IMG/VR virus record: IMGVR_UViG_3300049793_000366
Location: 310,001 to 374,000 of that record
DNA: 64,000 nt
Reading direction: 5' to 3' (one strand)
The translations under genes were made by a program, and so were the position numbers. Below are positions 26,780 through 37,867 of the stretch, piece by piece. The notes under the pieces are model-generated. The model saw only the letters and a program-made list of their open reading frames with translations. It was not told the origin of the DNA and made no database searches. Position 1 is the first letter of the stretch; each line of letters opens with the position of its first letter.

Positions 26780-27253
26780 ATGCACGGAGCTAAACTATCA
26801 AACGACACAGCATTAAAATTCATCATGGCGGGTAAAGCTATCTTTACTGCGTTGAATAGTGTTTCATATAATCGTTTTACATTCAAAGTAAATAAGAAGA
26901 AAAACCATGACGTGTGGTTCGTATCTGTTCTTCGTGGACAAGATAATTCAAAAGACTATACATACTTCGGTGCTATCGTTAATGGTGTTTTCAAACACTC
27001 TCCGAAATCAACCATTACACCTGATGCTCAATCAGTAAAGGTGTTCGCATATCTTTATAGTAAACTTGTTACGGGTACATTACCTGAAACAATTGAAATA
27101 TGGCACGAAGGTAAGTGCGGTAAGTGTGGTAGAATGCTTACTGTACCAGAATCAATCGCAACTGGAATGGGTCCTGAGTGTGGACACAGAAACAAACCGA
27201 AGACGAAGCGTGAAGAAAGACAAATCAAACTTGATATCTTAATTAAAGACTAA
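26780..27253 (+). CDS. DUF6011-like Zn-finger protein with C-terminal R-motif
   Basis: CGKCGRMLTVPESIATGMGPEC; ends RQIKLDILI. Confidence 0.7.
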   Translation: MHGAKLSNDTALKFIMAGKAIFTALNSVSYNRFTFKVNKKKNHDVWFVSVLRGQDNSKDYTYFGAIVNGVFKHSPKSTITPDAQSVKVFAYLYSKLVTGTLPETIEIWHEGKCGKCGRMLTVPESIATGMGPECGHRNKPKTKREERQIKLDILIKD

Positions 27254-27438
27254 TGCAAAATATAGTAATACTTTTAATATTAATATTATGTGTGCTGAGT
27301 ATGTTTGTGATAGCATTTCTATTAGCACCAATTATTAACGCGATATTAGCCTCATTTGCTGGGCTATTTGTCGGGCTTGCTTTACTGATAAGTATCGGTA
27401 ATAGTAGCAGGGTCAATACATTAATAAGCAAAATCTAA
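27253..27438 (+). CDS. Small membrane protein
   Basis: Two hydrophobic helices. Confidence 0.5.
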   Translation: MQNIVILLILILCVLSMFVIAFLLAPIINAILASFAGLFVGLALLISIGNSSRVNTLISKI

Positions 27439-27469
27439 ACAAACAATTAAAAACAAAAACAAAAAACAC

Positions 27470-28024
27470 ATGGGAAAATTAGGAGCATTAATCTTAACAG
27501 GAACAATTTTAGTTCTGGGTATCTTTGGTATGATTTGGTACTTCGGTGTACAAAATGATGAAGTAGGACTTCGTAACAGATACAACAAACAAGAGAAGAA
27601 CGTAGACCTTTGCTTTGACGAAATGTTCAAAGTATTGAAAACAAATGCCGGTATCACTGACAAAGCAAAAGACGCTTTCAAGGAAATCTATATTCCTATG
27701 ATTGAGGGTCGATATTCAAAAGGTGATGGTTCACTTATGAAATGGGTACAAGAGCAAAATCCTACCTTCGACCAGTCAATGTATACCAAGCTTATGAATC
27801 AAGTAGAAGCTATGCGTAGAACATTTAAAGATGAACAAAGCAAATTACTTTCTATTAAAGAAGAACACGATAATTTACGAACAAAGAAACCATCGAGTTT
27901 TGTTGTAGGTTCTGTTCCTGAACTTGAAGTTAAGCTAATTACATCTGCTGAACAGAAAGAAGTAAGACGTACTGGTGAAGAAAATGACTTCGAATTATTC
28001 GATAAGAAAGAAGATAAGAAGTAA
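27470..28024 (+). CDS. Membrane-anchored coiled-coil protein (LemA-like)
   Basis: N-terminal TM segment and helical body; WVQEQNPTFD. Confidence 0.55.
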   Translation: MGKLGALILTGTILVLGIFGMIWYFGVQNDEVGLRNRYNKQEKNVDLCFDEMFKVLKTNAGITDKAKDAFKEIYIPMIEGRYSKGDGSLMKWVQEQNPTFDQSMYTKLMNQVEAMRRTFKDEQSKLLSIKEEHDNLRTKKPSSFVVGSVPELEVKLITSAEQKEVRRTGEENDFELFDKKEDKK

Positions 28025-28041
28025 CTCTAAATAAAATCAGA

Positions 28042-28076
28042 GAAACCCTATCAAGCTAAGATAGGGTTTCTTTTTG
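28042..28076 (+). terminator. Intrinsic terminator
   Basis: GAAACCCTATC-AAGCTAA-GATAGGGTTTC followed by TTTTT. Confidence 0.8.
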
Positions 28077-28123
28077 GTTATCTCGAATTTTGTCCGTATA
28101 TTAGTCAACACAAAAAACACACT

Positions 28124-29404
28124 ATGGAATATTTTTCGCTATTCATACCAGTTATACTAATTGCTGTTCTGTTTTTCTTCTTTAAGAGACAAACTGCAAT
28201 ATGGGAATACTTCATACCGACAGTATCAACAGTCATTGTCGTACTATGTATGCACGGTTGTATGCAGTCCTCAAGAACAACCGATAATGAATTCTTAACT
28301 GAGAAAATTACACAATGCGCCCATGAGGATCCTTGGGACGAAGAGGTTTCATGTCGCCACGAGATACCATGCTCTCACCCAAAGTACTGTGAAGACAGCG
28401 ATGGTAAGGGTGGTACACATCAATGTGGTTACGAACATTCAAATGATGGTTACTACCATTTATATGATGTTGACTTTCACGACCACCAATGGTACTTCAT
28501 AACAGAGAGTGGTAATAGTGAATCATGTTCAGAAGCATATTATAATAAATTAAAAAAAGAGTGGAGCAACGAATCATTCGTAGAAATGAATCGTAGAAAT
28601 GTTCACTCTATCGATGGTGATAAACAAGTCACTAATTGGAAAGGAGAATTTGCTCTTACTGAAACTTATACATGGGAAAGAACCTATGAGAATAAAGTAC
28701 AAGCATCCGATAACATTGTAAACTTCCCTGATGTTGATACAAGCGATGTTAGTAGATATGGTTTATTTGAATATCCTTCTGTTTCAAATCTTAATCACAA
28801 ATTCATATTATCAAGTGGGTTCTATGTATCACAAGCAGACCAAGACCACTTACGAAAAGTAAACGCACATATCGGTCCCACTAAGCAATGCCAAATATTT
28901 GTATTACTATTCAAAAACAAATCGGCTCAGTCAGCACTGAAACAGAGGTGGTATTGGAAAGGTGGTAACATGAATGAATTCATTGTATGTATTGGTGTTG
29001 ATGATTTAGGCAACGTACAGTGGAATGAAAACATTACTTGGACAGAAAAACCAATGTGTGATATTCAAGTGCGTGACTTCGTTCTCTCTCAGAAGAAATT
29101 AAATCTTAGTAAAGTAATTGACTTTGCTTATACTGAAATGAACACTGAATTTAAACGCAAAGATTTTAAAAAAGATTTTGACTACTTACAAATTGAATTA
29201 ACAAGCGGACAAGTATCTGGTATCTACTGGACAATAGTAATCATCAATATATTAATGGGTATATGGATTATTATGAACGAGTTTGGTAACGAAGAAGCAG
29301 AGGCAACTAGTGTATCATTTTTTAATAAACAAAGAAGACAGGGAACAACAACATACAGAAGTAAAAACCGAATAAAAGAAATATTCGATAGATTTAATTT
29401 ATAA
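28124..29404 (+). CDS. Membrane protein with a large extracytoplasmic domain
   Basis: Two N-terminal and one C-terminal TM segments; WKGGNMNEFIVCIG. Confidence 0.65.
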   Translation: MEYFSLFIPVILIAVLFFFFKRQTAIWEYFIPTVSTVIVVLCMHGCMQSSRTTDNEFLTEKITQCAHEDPWDEEVSCRHEIPCSHPKYCEDSDGKGGTHQCGYEHSNDGYYHLYDVDFHDHQWYFITESGNSESCSEAYYNKLKKEWSNESFVEMNRRNVHSIDGDKQVTNWKGEFALTETYTWERTYENKVQASDNIVNFPDVDTSDVSRYGLFEYPSVSNLNHKFILSSGFYVSQADQDHLRKVNAHIGPTKQCQIFVLLFKNKSAQSALKQRWYWKGGNMNEFIVCIGVDDLGNVQWNENITWTEKPMCDIQVRDFVLSQKKLNLSKVIDFAYTEMNTEFKRKDFKKDFDYLQIELTSGQVSGIYWTIVIINILMGIWIIMNEFGNEEAEATSVSFFNKQRRQGTTTYRSKNRIKEIFDRFNL

Positions 29405-29405
29405 C

Positions 29406-29879
29406 ATGACCATTAACGAATTCTTCAAGCGAAATAAATATGCGATAATCGCACTACTATCATACATACTAACGGTTGTATTATTTACTGACCTAACCAA
29501 TCGGTTTCAGTTAGCAACACTATTGATAGCAATCTTAACGATGCCACCATTGTTTAATTTTAAAATAACAGTGCGTAGCTTTTGGATTAGTTTATTAACA
29601 GGTTCTTTCATCAGTATCTATCTTATGCCACCGGGATTTCATAGTATAGCAGTAGATAGTCAACCAGTAAACGCATTCATCACATTTCCAAATCAAGGTG
29701 TGGTTATGTTTTGGGTTATGATAGTTGTATTAAACGTAATGAATGGTTTACATAGAAGTATCAATCTAACACGATTGACTGCTGTGAAGGAAAATTTAGC
29801 AGATAAGCGCGATGATGTTCTTGATGAATTATTGACCCCTATCAAGCGAAGACTTAAAGACATTAATTATTTTTTATGA
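29406..29879 (+). CDS. Multi-pass membrane protein with R-motif (RDDVLDELL)
   Basis: About four hydrophobic segments. Confidence 0.6.
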   Translation: MTINEFFKRNKYAIIALLSYILTVVLFTDLTNRFQLATLLIAILTMPPLFNFKITVRSFWISLLTGSFISIYLMPPGFHSIAVDSQPVNAFITFPNQGVVMFWVMIVVLNVMNGLHRSINLTRLTAVKENLADKRDDVLDELLTPIKRRLKDINYFL

Positions 29880-30340
29880 CCCATCCACTGAACCCAATGC
29901 CGAGTATCATACCATCAGGATTTCATCCTGGTGCTTTTGGTGCTTTGAGAAAACACGATGTACACACTGGTATAGATTTATATTGTAACGATGGTGAGTC
30001 TGTTTATGCTATCGAAGATGGTGTTGTGGTAAATATATGTGACTTCACGGGGCCTAAGGTTAATCTACCTTGGTGGAATGATACACGAGCTATTCTTATT
30101 GAAGGAAAAAGTGGTGTTATTCTATACGGTGAATTATTGGAGTGTGTTAAGTTAGGTGATAGCGTAAAAGAAGGTCAGCTTATCGGTAATATCAAAAGGG
30201 TTTTGAAAACTGATAAAGGCTTACCAATGGATATGCTTCATCTTGAATTATACGACACTGGTTATAGAGGTGATGGTGAAATATGGAAACACGATGAACT
30301 GAAACCAGAAGCTCTTAAAGACCCTTTAATTTTATTATAA
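29876..30340 (+). CDS. M23 family peptidase
   Basis: HTGIDL, VYAIEDGVV, HLEL. Confidence 0.8.
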   Translation: MTHPLNPMPSIIPSGFHPGAFGALRKHDVHTGIDLYCNDGESVYAIEDGVVVNICDFTGPKVNLPWWNDTRAILIEGKSGVILYGELLECVKLGDSVKEGQLIGNIKRVLKTDKGLPMDMLHLELYDTGYRGDGEIWKHDELKPEALKDPLILL

Positions 30341-30480
30341 TGCTTGACGGAATAGACATACCTGAACCACCAAACCCAAGAGAAAATCCAGGGTGTTTCA
30401 TTTTGTGGTTACTTCTTGTTGGTGTAATAATATTTATTGTAGTAGTAGGATTGAAATGTACAATGTAATTTGAATATAAA

Positions 30481-30915
30481 ATGGGCAATGATAAAAAATG
30501 GTTAGATAAAACAAACGAGGAACTTGAAGCAGAATACTTTCGAGCATACTATGATTTGCGTAAATATAAAACCAGCGACACTGATTGGGAAATTTCATTT
30601 GGCTTACATAGCCCAGGTGGTGGTACAATCGGTGAGATAATAATGCACTGGGTACATCTTGGTGACAGGATGGTACCACAGTTACAAGCATTTGATGATT
30701 CTTGGCGAATATTAAGTTGTTTTTCGGATTTAATGGCTATATTAGCCAAACACGATTCTGATAATATTACACCAGATGATTTTATTAAAATACTCAAAGA
30801 GAATAATTTTCTTAACCCACAAGAAATGTGGGATGGTGATTTTATTTCCGATGAAATGTTTAAGCAGTACCAAATACAAAGGCAACGAAATAATAATTTA
30901 AAACAATTAATATGA
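30481..30915 (+). CDS. Hypothetical protein with C-terminal R-motif (RNNNLKQLI)
   Basis: 144-aa ORF. Confidence 0.65.
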   Translation: MGNDKKWLDKTNEELEAEYFRAYYDLRKYKTSDTDWEISFGLHSPGGGTIGEIIMHWVHLGDRMVPQLQAFDDSWRILSCFSDLMAILAKHDSDNITPDDFIKILKENNFLNPQEMWDGDFISDEMFKQYQIQRQRNNNLKQLI

Positions 30916-31286
30916 TAAATTTAGAATACGGTGATGGTACATATGATATGACATGGTTCATTGTCGATTTAGATAATAACATTGCTCAATTAACCACAAA
31001 TGGTTTTGGATTCATACCAAAAAATGATGAGAGCGGTGAAGTATTATTCGACTGGGTTGAGAAACTAAACAGCGATAAAAAAGTAAACAAAGCAACACCA
31101 GTACCGAATGGCTATTGGTATGAGTTAGCTCAGAAAGGTTTATTTGCTTTTGATTATGAAGATGATAACTATACATTAGTTGCTCTTCCCGCTGAACCAA
31201 TAAAATATCAAAACAACTGCCCTAACATTGTTAGAGTCAATTTCAGATTCGAGGATAGAACAACTATAAACTCTTCTGATTTCTAA
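30912..31286 (+). CDS. Hypothetical protein
   Basis: 124-aa ORF. Confidence 0.6.
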   Translation: MINLEYGDGTYDMTWFIVDLDNNIAQLTTNGFGFIPKNDESGEVLFDWVEKLNSDKKVNKATPVPNGYWYELAQKGLFAFDYEDDNYTLVALPAEPIKYQNNCPNIVRVNFRFEDRTTINSSDF

Positions 31287-31670
31287 TACTATAATTACAT
31301 ATGAATTACAATAAGATACGAAATAACATCAGACAAATCATGTTTCAAAACAGATTTACACTGAGAAATAGAAACCAAATAATAGCCAAGTTTAATAAAC
31401 GATACCCAGCTACCAGAATCAACAGTGGTGTGTTTGTGAAAGCTATTATCGAAGTATCTAACACATCAGGCGCATTATAGTATGAATATATCAAACAGTC
31501 ACGGAGCAATGATAGTGTGTTGGTTTGACACACCATTTGATAAAATAAATCAACCAGCAATAGATGAATTCAAACAAGCTGGATTATTAATTGAATCTAA
31601 TGGTGAACTATCATGGCATCAAGATGCAATAAAGCACTACAATGAATACCAAGAATGGTTAAGAAAATAA

Positions 31671-31700
31671 AAAAAGCCGCTTTGATTAAAGCGACTTTTT
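31671..31700. terminator. Bidirectional terminator
   Basis: AAAAAGCCGCTTT-GATT-AAAGCGACTTTTT between convergent genes. Confidence 0.7.
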
Positions 31701-31702
31701 GT

Positions 31703-32755
31703 TTATTGACAAATAGTTCTTATAATTCTCTCACAAGCTTCATATGGATCTACATTCGATGCTGGTCTTCTATCTTCTAAATAACCAGGTGTCGTTGTAT
31801 CATTAATAGTAGATGGAATACGAATAGATGCAGTTCTATCACCAATGCCATACTTGAACTGATTGATACTACAAGTCTCATTAGCACCAGTTAAACGTAA
31901 TTCATTGTGTTTACCATAAACAGCAATGTGTTCAGCTACAACTCTTCCCATCTTCTCACAAGCTTCAAATACTAAATTCTTTTTATTAGCAATATCTTCT
32001 CTCATTTGTTTAGTAGAGAAGTTGATGTGCATACCGCTACCATTCCAATCTTTACCTTCATAGGGTTTAGGATGTAATTCAACATAATAACCCATATCTT
32101 CTGATAATCTTTCAGCAATGTAACGAGCTACCCATAATTGGTCACAACCATCTAAGTCATATCCGGAAATTTGATATTCCCATTGACCCAATGTTACTTC
32201 AGCATTAATTCCATCAATTCCAATATTCGCGTATTCGCATAAATCAGCGTGTTTCTCAACGAAGTCTCTTCCTTTTACATTGTTACCACCAACAGCGCAG
32301 TAATAGTCTCCCTGAGGGCGAGGGAATGTACCATTTTCAGTTGGCCAACCAGCAGGCTTCTTACTATATGAATCATATAAGAAATATTCTTGCTCCATAC
32401 CCCATCTCATTTCTGGATTGTATTTAGCAACAGTCTCAGCTAATTTAGCACGTTTATTAGTAGCGTGTGGTGTCATGTCAGTATTATAAACCTCAGCAAC
32501 GATAATCAATCCCTTGTCTTGTTTAAAAGGATCTCTGAAAACGTTAACTGGCTTAAGCAACAATTCCGATTTAGAAGTCTCTGCCTGATTCGTAGATGAA
32601 CCATCGAAATTCCAAATCGGAAGCTTACTAACGTCTTTTTTATATTCTTCGAATAAAGAAGATAAATCAGTGTCTTTTGATATTATTTTCGTTTTAGACC
32701 TGATGTGTTGTGGACTATTTCCATCCAACCAAATGTATTCTAAGTGAATATTCAT
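31703..32755 (-). CDS. glnII: Glutamine synthetase type II
   Basis: EYIWLDG, WNFDGSST, GINAEV..GQWEYQ, DWNGSGMH, RLTGANET, YLEDRRPASN. Confidence 0.92.
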   Translation of the reverse strand: MNIHLEYIWLDGNSPQHIRSKTKIISKDTDLSSLFEEYKKDVSKLPIWNFDGSSTNQAETSKSELLLKPVNVFRDPFKQDKGLIIVAEVYNTDMTPHATNKRAKLAETVAKYNPEMRWGMEQEYFLYDSYSKKPAGWPTENGTFPRPQGDYYCAVGGNNVKGRDFVEKHADLCEYANIGIDGINAEVTLGQWEYQISGYDLDGCDQLWVARYIAERLSEDMGYYVELHPKPYEGKDWNGSGMHINFSTKQMREDIANKKNLVFEACEKMGRVVAEHIAVYGKHNELRLTGANETCSINQFKYGIGDRTASIRIPSTINDTTTPGYLEDRRPASNVDPYEACERIIRTICQ

Positions 32756-32938
32756 ATTTAATATTATTTTTTGATTATAGTCTATATATAGAGGGTAGTT
32801 TGCCAAAAAACCACACTTTTTTACAAAAGTTGCTCAAAAAATAGGGGGTATAACCCGGAAATGTAGTGTTTTTCAGAAACTCACTCAATTTTTAATTTTT
32901 AAAAAATTTTTAAAAATAATCAATTTAATATATAACGA

Positions 32939-33808
32939 ATGAAACATTTAATGCTATTCGAGAATTTCGAAGTGAATGATAAAATACAAGCAATTATTGA
33001 CACAATCAATACAAATGAAGGCTTCGAAGTTATTCATACTAAAGCTCTAAATGATACTCTCTTCTTAAAGGTTAAGATACCAAGAGTAGAAAGACCAGAC
33101 TATGGTTTTATGTCTGAGGTTAATAGAATACCTTACGTTAAAGGTGTTTATGGTAAAGGTTTCTTTATGGGTAAGAAAGTAGACAACTGTGCCTATATTC
33201 AATTCAACTTATTATTGAAGCATGGTGTAACTGATGTAAGTCTATCAGCAGGGTTCGGTAGAATAATAGCATTCCTACAAAAGTATAATATTAAAAGCAT
33301 CGATGAGTTCAATGATATAATAGCAAGATCCGCAAATGACTTAAATAAGTACATAAAGATATGCGATAAACCAAAAGCAGAAAAAGTGAAACTATACTCA
33401 CTTAAAAGTTCTGCTGTTAAATTCTTAGTAAAAAATGGTGGTATCAGTGATGTGAAATTTCATAAGGGAGAATACGAAGACTTAGTATTATTCATTACAA
33501 ATACTGATAATATATCATTTCATATGCAAGCAAGAAAATTCTTCGATAAGTTTGGAGTCTATCCTGAAAGTTTAGATAAGATAGAAGATGATGTGTATAA
33601 GTCAAAACAATACACAGAAGAAGATATTCAAGACCAAGATAGAATGTTTGATGCTATGAAAATATTAGCATTGATAAATCAGAATATACTTCAAATATAC
33701 AACTACTTCAATGAGAAGATATTTGACTTGAATAATTATTTCTATAACCCAAGTCATATTGGTGGTAATGATATGCTACCAGAAGATGGTTATGAACCAT
33801 ATCTATAA
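32939..33808 (+). CDS. Putative internal head protein (N-terminal MKHLMLFENF)
   Basis: Capsid-targeting-like N-terminus; TAATATATA 4 nt upstream. Confidence 0.55.
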   Translation: MKHLMLFENFEVNDKIQAIIDTINTNEGFEVIHTKALNDTLFLKVKIPRVERPDYGFMSEVNRIPYVKGVYGKGFFMGKKVDNCAYIQFNLLLKHGVTDVSLSAGFGRIIAFLQKYNIKSIDEFNDIIARSANDLNKYIKICDKPKAEKVKLYSLKSSAVKFLVKNGGISDVKFHKGEYEDLVLFITNTDNISFHMQARKFFDKFGVYPESLDKIEDDVYKSKQYTEEDIQDQDRMFDAMKILALINQNILQIYNYFNEKIFDLNNYFYNPSHIGGNDMLPEDGYEPYL

Positions 33809-34849
33809 AGACATATCTAATATCATCGGTATCTTATCCGCTTCGTAATAAGAGATTCTAATTAATTCAATATTATTCTGTAAACACCAACTAGTTTTAA
33901 TAGCATCATTAGCTTTTAAATTAGCAAACGCCTGTTGACCACCAAAGTGTTCATTAGCCTTGAAGTGTTGCTCACCATCATACTCAATCAATACCTTCTT
34001 AGAAGGAATCCAAAAGTCAAACGGCAATTCAAATACATTACGACACGTAGTAAATTTCTTCTGCCTTATAAATGGTATGTGATTATCTTTTAAATACTTT
34101 GCAATAGTTTTCTCACCACGAGATTCACTACAATGCGGGCAACCATACCCTCTTATATGTGATAATGGTGTTTGTTTAAATTCACCATGTATAGGACATA
34201 AAATAATTACTTTAATCTGACTTTTAAAATACTCTACTTTTGAATAGTCATATTTACTCGAATGAACCAATACTGACTCTCTTATAAAAGTTTCAGTAGT
34301 TTTTCTTATAGATAGATGTATATTCTCTGGTCTTGCCCCACTTAAGTGGGTAGTAGGTGTTTGTTCATATATTTTATTTTTATGAATTATCTTTACCTTA
34401 CTATTTGCATTTATATATTCAACTAGAGAGTAATCATAACGGTCACCATGAATATTGGTAGCAAGTTCAATGAAGTTATCGGTGTCTGATTTATTATTCT
34501 CAGGAGCATATCTTAAATGTGATGTTGCTACTTGTTCATATACCTTATCGTTGTATATTATTTTAATTTTAGATAATGCATTTTTATATTCAACCAAAGA
34601 GTAATCATATTTATCACCCCATTTTTCACGAGCTTCTGTGATGAATTGTTCAGTTGTTTTTCTTGCTGTATTTTTCTCAGGGCATCTACCCATTAAATGT
34701 TTATGTGGTGTTTGTTCATATACAATACCATCTAATATAATCTTCACTTTCGTATCATAGTTCACATATACTACTTGTGAGTAATCATACTTATCACCAT
34801 GTATTTCTTTAGATTTTGATATAAATAAATCTGTTGTCCATTTCTCCAT
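33803..34849 (-). mobile_element. Homing endonuclease with four HGDKYDYS repeats and a C-terminal Vsr/PD-(D/E)xK-like nuclease domain
   Basis: Repeats FI..A...HGDKYDYSLVEY; CPIHGEF..CPHC; FDFWIP..LIEYDGEQH. Confidence 0.8.
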
Positions 34850-34949
34850 CTATATTATACGCCCTCCCTTTAGAAAGTTTTTAGGTTATTTTATAAGTAG
34901 CTTTTCACCGCTTATATATATGTTATAAAATAAAAATAATTTTACGAAA

Positions 34950-36176
34950 ATGGCTAAAAAGCAACAAGAAGACAAGAAACCTGGATTCTCATTCTCCAAA
35001 GTAGGAGACTTAATGAGTAGCATATCCAAAAATGTACCTATCTTAATTGATAGAGAATCAAAAGAAAGAAAATTCATTTCGACTGGTGTTTATTTACTAG
35101 ACGCTGCTATGTCATCACACTTATTAGGTGGTGGTATTCAATCAAATCGTATTACAGTATTAGCTGGTGAATCTGGTTCTGGTAAATCATTTATCGCATA
35201 TTCTGTATGTAAGAATGCTCAGAAACAAGGTTACTGTGTTATCTACATTGATACTGAATATTCAGTTGAGTTAGATGAGTTACCAAAATTCGGATTAGAT
35301 AATAGCCCAGATAAATTCATGTTAGTTAGAACTAATAAGGTTGAAGATATTAACATCGCATTAACACAATTAATTGACCAATTAAAAGAAGAAAAAATGT
35401 CTGGTAACACAATTCAACCAATGATAATTGTATTAGACTCAGTTGGACAATTAGCATCTAACAAAGAGCGAAATGATTTGATTAAAGGAGAAGTTAAACA
35501 AGATATGACTAAGGCTAAGGCCATCGGATCATTATTTCGTTCAATTAACACTGACCTTGGATACCTTGATATACCTATGATTTGTTGTAATCACACATAT
35601 CAAACAATGGACCTTTTTCCACAGGAAGTATTAAAGGGCGGAAGGGCCATCGTATATACAGCAAGTGTTATAGGGCTTATGTCTAAGTCAAAATTTAAAA
35701 CTGGTGAAGAGGATGAGATGGATTTAGGTCAGTCAGGTATCACAGTTTTATTTAAGACTATGAAGAATCGTTTAGCTAAACCAAAGAAGATTAGATTTGA
35801 CATTTCATTTACAACTGGTATGAATCCATATTCTGGTTTAGATGCGTTCTGTCGTCCAGAATTCTTCGAACAAGTTGGTGTTGCTCAGGGTAAAATGGAA
35901 GTTGATAAGAAAACTGGTGAGATTAAATTTACACCAGGTGGTAATAGATGGTATGTTCGTCACTTAGATAAATCAGTAACAACAAAACAATTATTGACAG
36001 CAACCGTATTTACACCAGATGTATTGAAGGCGATGGAACCAATTGTGAATAATTATTTCTCTTATAAATCACTTGATGAGATTGAAGAAGTAGAAAGACA
36101 ATTAGAAGCATTAGATGAAGAGATAGGTATTGACCCAACTGATATTGATGCTGACAACTTTTTCGATAAAGAGTAA
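34950..36176 (+). CDS. uvsX: RecA/UvsX recombinase
   Basis: ISTG, AGESGSGKS Walker A, YIDTE, IVLDSV, NHTY, KNR; phage-type. Confidence 0.88.
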   Translation: MAKKQQEDKKPGFSFSKVGDLMSSISKNVPILIDRESKERKFISTGVYLLDAAMSSHLLGGGIQSNRITVLAGESGSGKSFIAYSVCKNAQKQGYCVIYIDTEYSVELDELPKFGLDNSPDKFMLVRTNKVEDINIALTQLIDQLKEEKMSGNTIQPMIIVLDSVGQLASNKERNDLIKGEVKQDMTKAKAIGSLFRSINTDLGYLDIPMICCNHTYQTMDLFPQEVLKGGRAIVYTASVIGLMSKSKFKTGEEDEMDLGQSGITVLFKTMKNRLAKPKKIRFDISFTTGMNPYSGLDAFCRPEFFEQVGVAQGKMEVDKKTGEIKFTPGGNRWYVRHLDKSVTTKQLLTATVFTPDVLKAMEPIVNNYFSYKSLDEIEEVERQLEALDEEIGIDPTDIDADNFFDKE

Positions 36177-36205
36177 TAGAACTCTCGAAATAGCTTATAA
36201 TACTA

Positions 36206-36240
36206 AAGGCCGCTCAAAATAGAAAAAGAGCGGCTTTTTT
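36206..36240 (+). terminator. Intrinsic terminator
   Basis: GCCGCTC...GAGCGGC followed by TTTTTT. Confidence 0.7.
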
Positions 36241-36382
36241 ATTTGATATATAGCTATTATGAATATGAAAATGAAAACAAAACCTAGCAGAACAACACCT
36301 AAGAAACAGGAGCAAAATGTTCCTAAGTGGGTAAAGAAACCATCATGGTTTAGAACGACTGATAGAAAAATCAAAGAAGTGA

Positions 36383-36835
36383 TTAAGATTCAGTCTTCAC
36401 ATCAAATCCAATAACAATATTAGTAGGTAGAATTATGGGTGTAGCTATTAGCTTACACCCTGCTTCTATTATGGAATCAAGTGTTCTGCCTTGAGCAGTA
36501 GCTAATGTATTTATGTTTATGGATTCAATTCGAATTTCCTCTGTATCAATATTAAATGTATAATTTATACTTGATACGATGTGTGATATATCGGAAAGTG
36601 ATATGATACTTCTATCATTGTTATCATCATGTAATCTTCCATACACTGATGATTTATTACCAACTTTTCCGGAAATGACTACTTCTTCTAATATATCTGA
36701 TAGTTTACGATGTCTATTATTCTCGCTATATAGTAGCTTTTCAAGCTTAAGGTCTCTAACAATAATTGGATCTAAAATAGCTTCAAGTCTACTCAACTTA
36801 AAATCCGTTATATCACATGGTAATGTTAAATCCAC
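36383..36835 (-). CDS. Degenerate prohead-protease (T4 gp21)-like protein
   Basis: YGRLHD..ISLSDISHIV..TLATAQGRTLDSIIEAGCKL..GFDV parallels GELxHP..INLxxVSHxI..ILxTPxGxxxxxLxxxG; SSRG catalytic motif absent. Confidence 0.5.
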   Translation of the reverse strand: MDLTLPCDITDFKLSRLEAILDPIIVRDLKLEKLLYSENNRHRKLSDILEEVVISGKVGNKSSVYGRLHDDNNDRSIISLSDISHIVSSINYTFNIDTEEIRIESININTLATAQGRTLDSIIEAGCKLIATPIILPTNIVIGFDVKTES

Positions 36836-37020
36836 AACTTTCTTCTTTTTTGGTTATATCATATTTATCTTAAATGTTCGCATATGTTATTATTAAAAAT
36901 ATTCGGTGCTATTAATTTATTAGCAATTATCGTTATTATCATCCGTAGTGTAAGGGTTAGACCTGCTAAAAAGCACTGTGAGAAATGTGAAAATAAGTTC
37001 ACTCTTTATTGTAGGCACAA

Positions 37021-37275
37021 ATGATTAAGGTAGAAACTATACGTGATATAGATGACTCTACCAAAGAGGGTAAAATGTTAATGTCGGCATTGGCTGTATT
37101 AACGTCTATAACACATGAACAAATAAATGATAATGAATATGGTGGTAATACTCATCCAGATGAGGTTACTGAGCGCATAGCTGATTTAACGAATCGTATT
37201 TACTATGAGTTTGAATATAAACAGTTACAAGAAATTAACAAGCGCGATAACGCTATAAACCAAATATGTCAATAG
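37021..37275 (+). CDS. Hypothetical protein with C-terminal R-motif (RDNAINQIC)
   Basis: 84-aa ORF. Confidence 0.6.
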   Translation: MIKVETIRDIDDSTKEGKMLMSALAVLTSITHEQINDNEYGGNTHPDEVTERIADLTNRIYYEFEYKQLQEINKRDNAINQICQ

Positions 37276-37844
37276 ATAATATCTTCGGTGAAATAAGTCT
37301 TGATACGAATAAAATCATATGTCATTCTGGTGGTGCTGATGGTTCAGATACCGAGTGGAGTAATGCGTGTAAAGAGCTTGGTATAAAAACCAATGCTTAT
37401 TCCTATAAAACAAAGTATCATAATTCAGAAGATAAGATTGAGATATCAGAGGAAGATTTTCAAGAGGGTATTCGTGAAGTACATCGTGCTAATAAATATT
37501 TAAAGCGACATGGTATTAGTAAGTATATTAATTTATTAGCTCGTAACTGGGCGCAAGTTAAGTATTCAACACAAGTGTTTGCTATTGGTACTATCAATGA
37601 GTCACAATTAGTAAATGGTGGTACTGGATGGGCTGTGATGATGGCTATATTGAATGAGCGAGAGGTGTTTGTATTTGAACAGGATAAGAATAAATGGTTT
37701 ATTTGGTCTGATGCTCAGAATAAATTCATTGAATATGATACACCGAAAATATCCAGTTATAATTTTGCGGGTATTGGTACCAGAGAGATAAATTCTAATG
37801 GTGTGAAAGCGATACACGATGTTGTCAATTTACTAAGAACATAG
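37266..37844 (+). CDS. SLOG-superfamily (DprA/YspA-like) nucleotide-binding protein
   Basis: HSGGADGSD, GGTGWAV, FAGIGTR. Confidence 0.6.
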   Translation: MSIDNIFGEISLDTNKIICHSGGADGSDTEWSNACKELGIKTNAYSYKTKYHNSEDKIEISEEDFQEGIREVHRANKYLKRHGISKYINLLARNWAQVKYSTQVFAIGTINESQLVNGGTGWAVMMAILNEREVFVFEQDKNKWFIWSDAQNKFIEYDTPKISSYNFAGIGTREINSNGVKAIHDVVNLLRT

Positions 37845-37867
37845 TGTAAATTTTTAATATAAAAACA

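Noticed and set aside
34950-36176. Intein or intron in UvsX (also checked in the topoisomerase)
   Set aside because: Lengths and motif spacing are near normal; no intein terminal motifs seen
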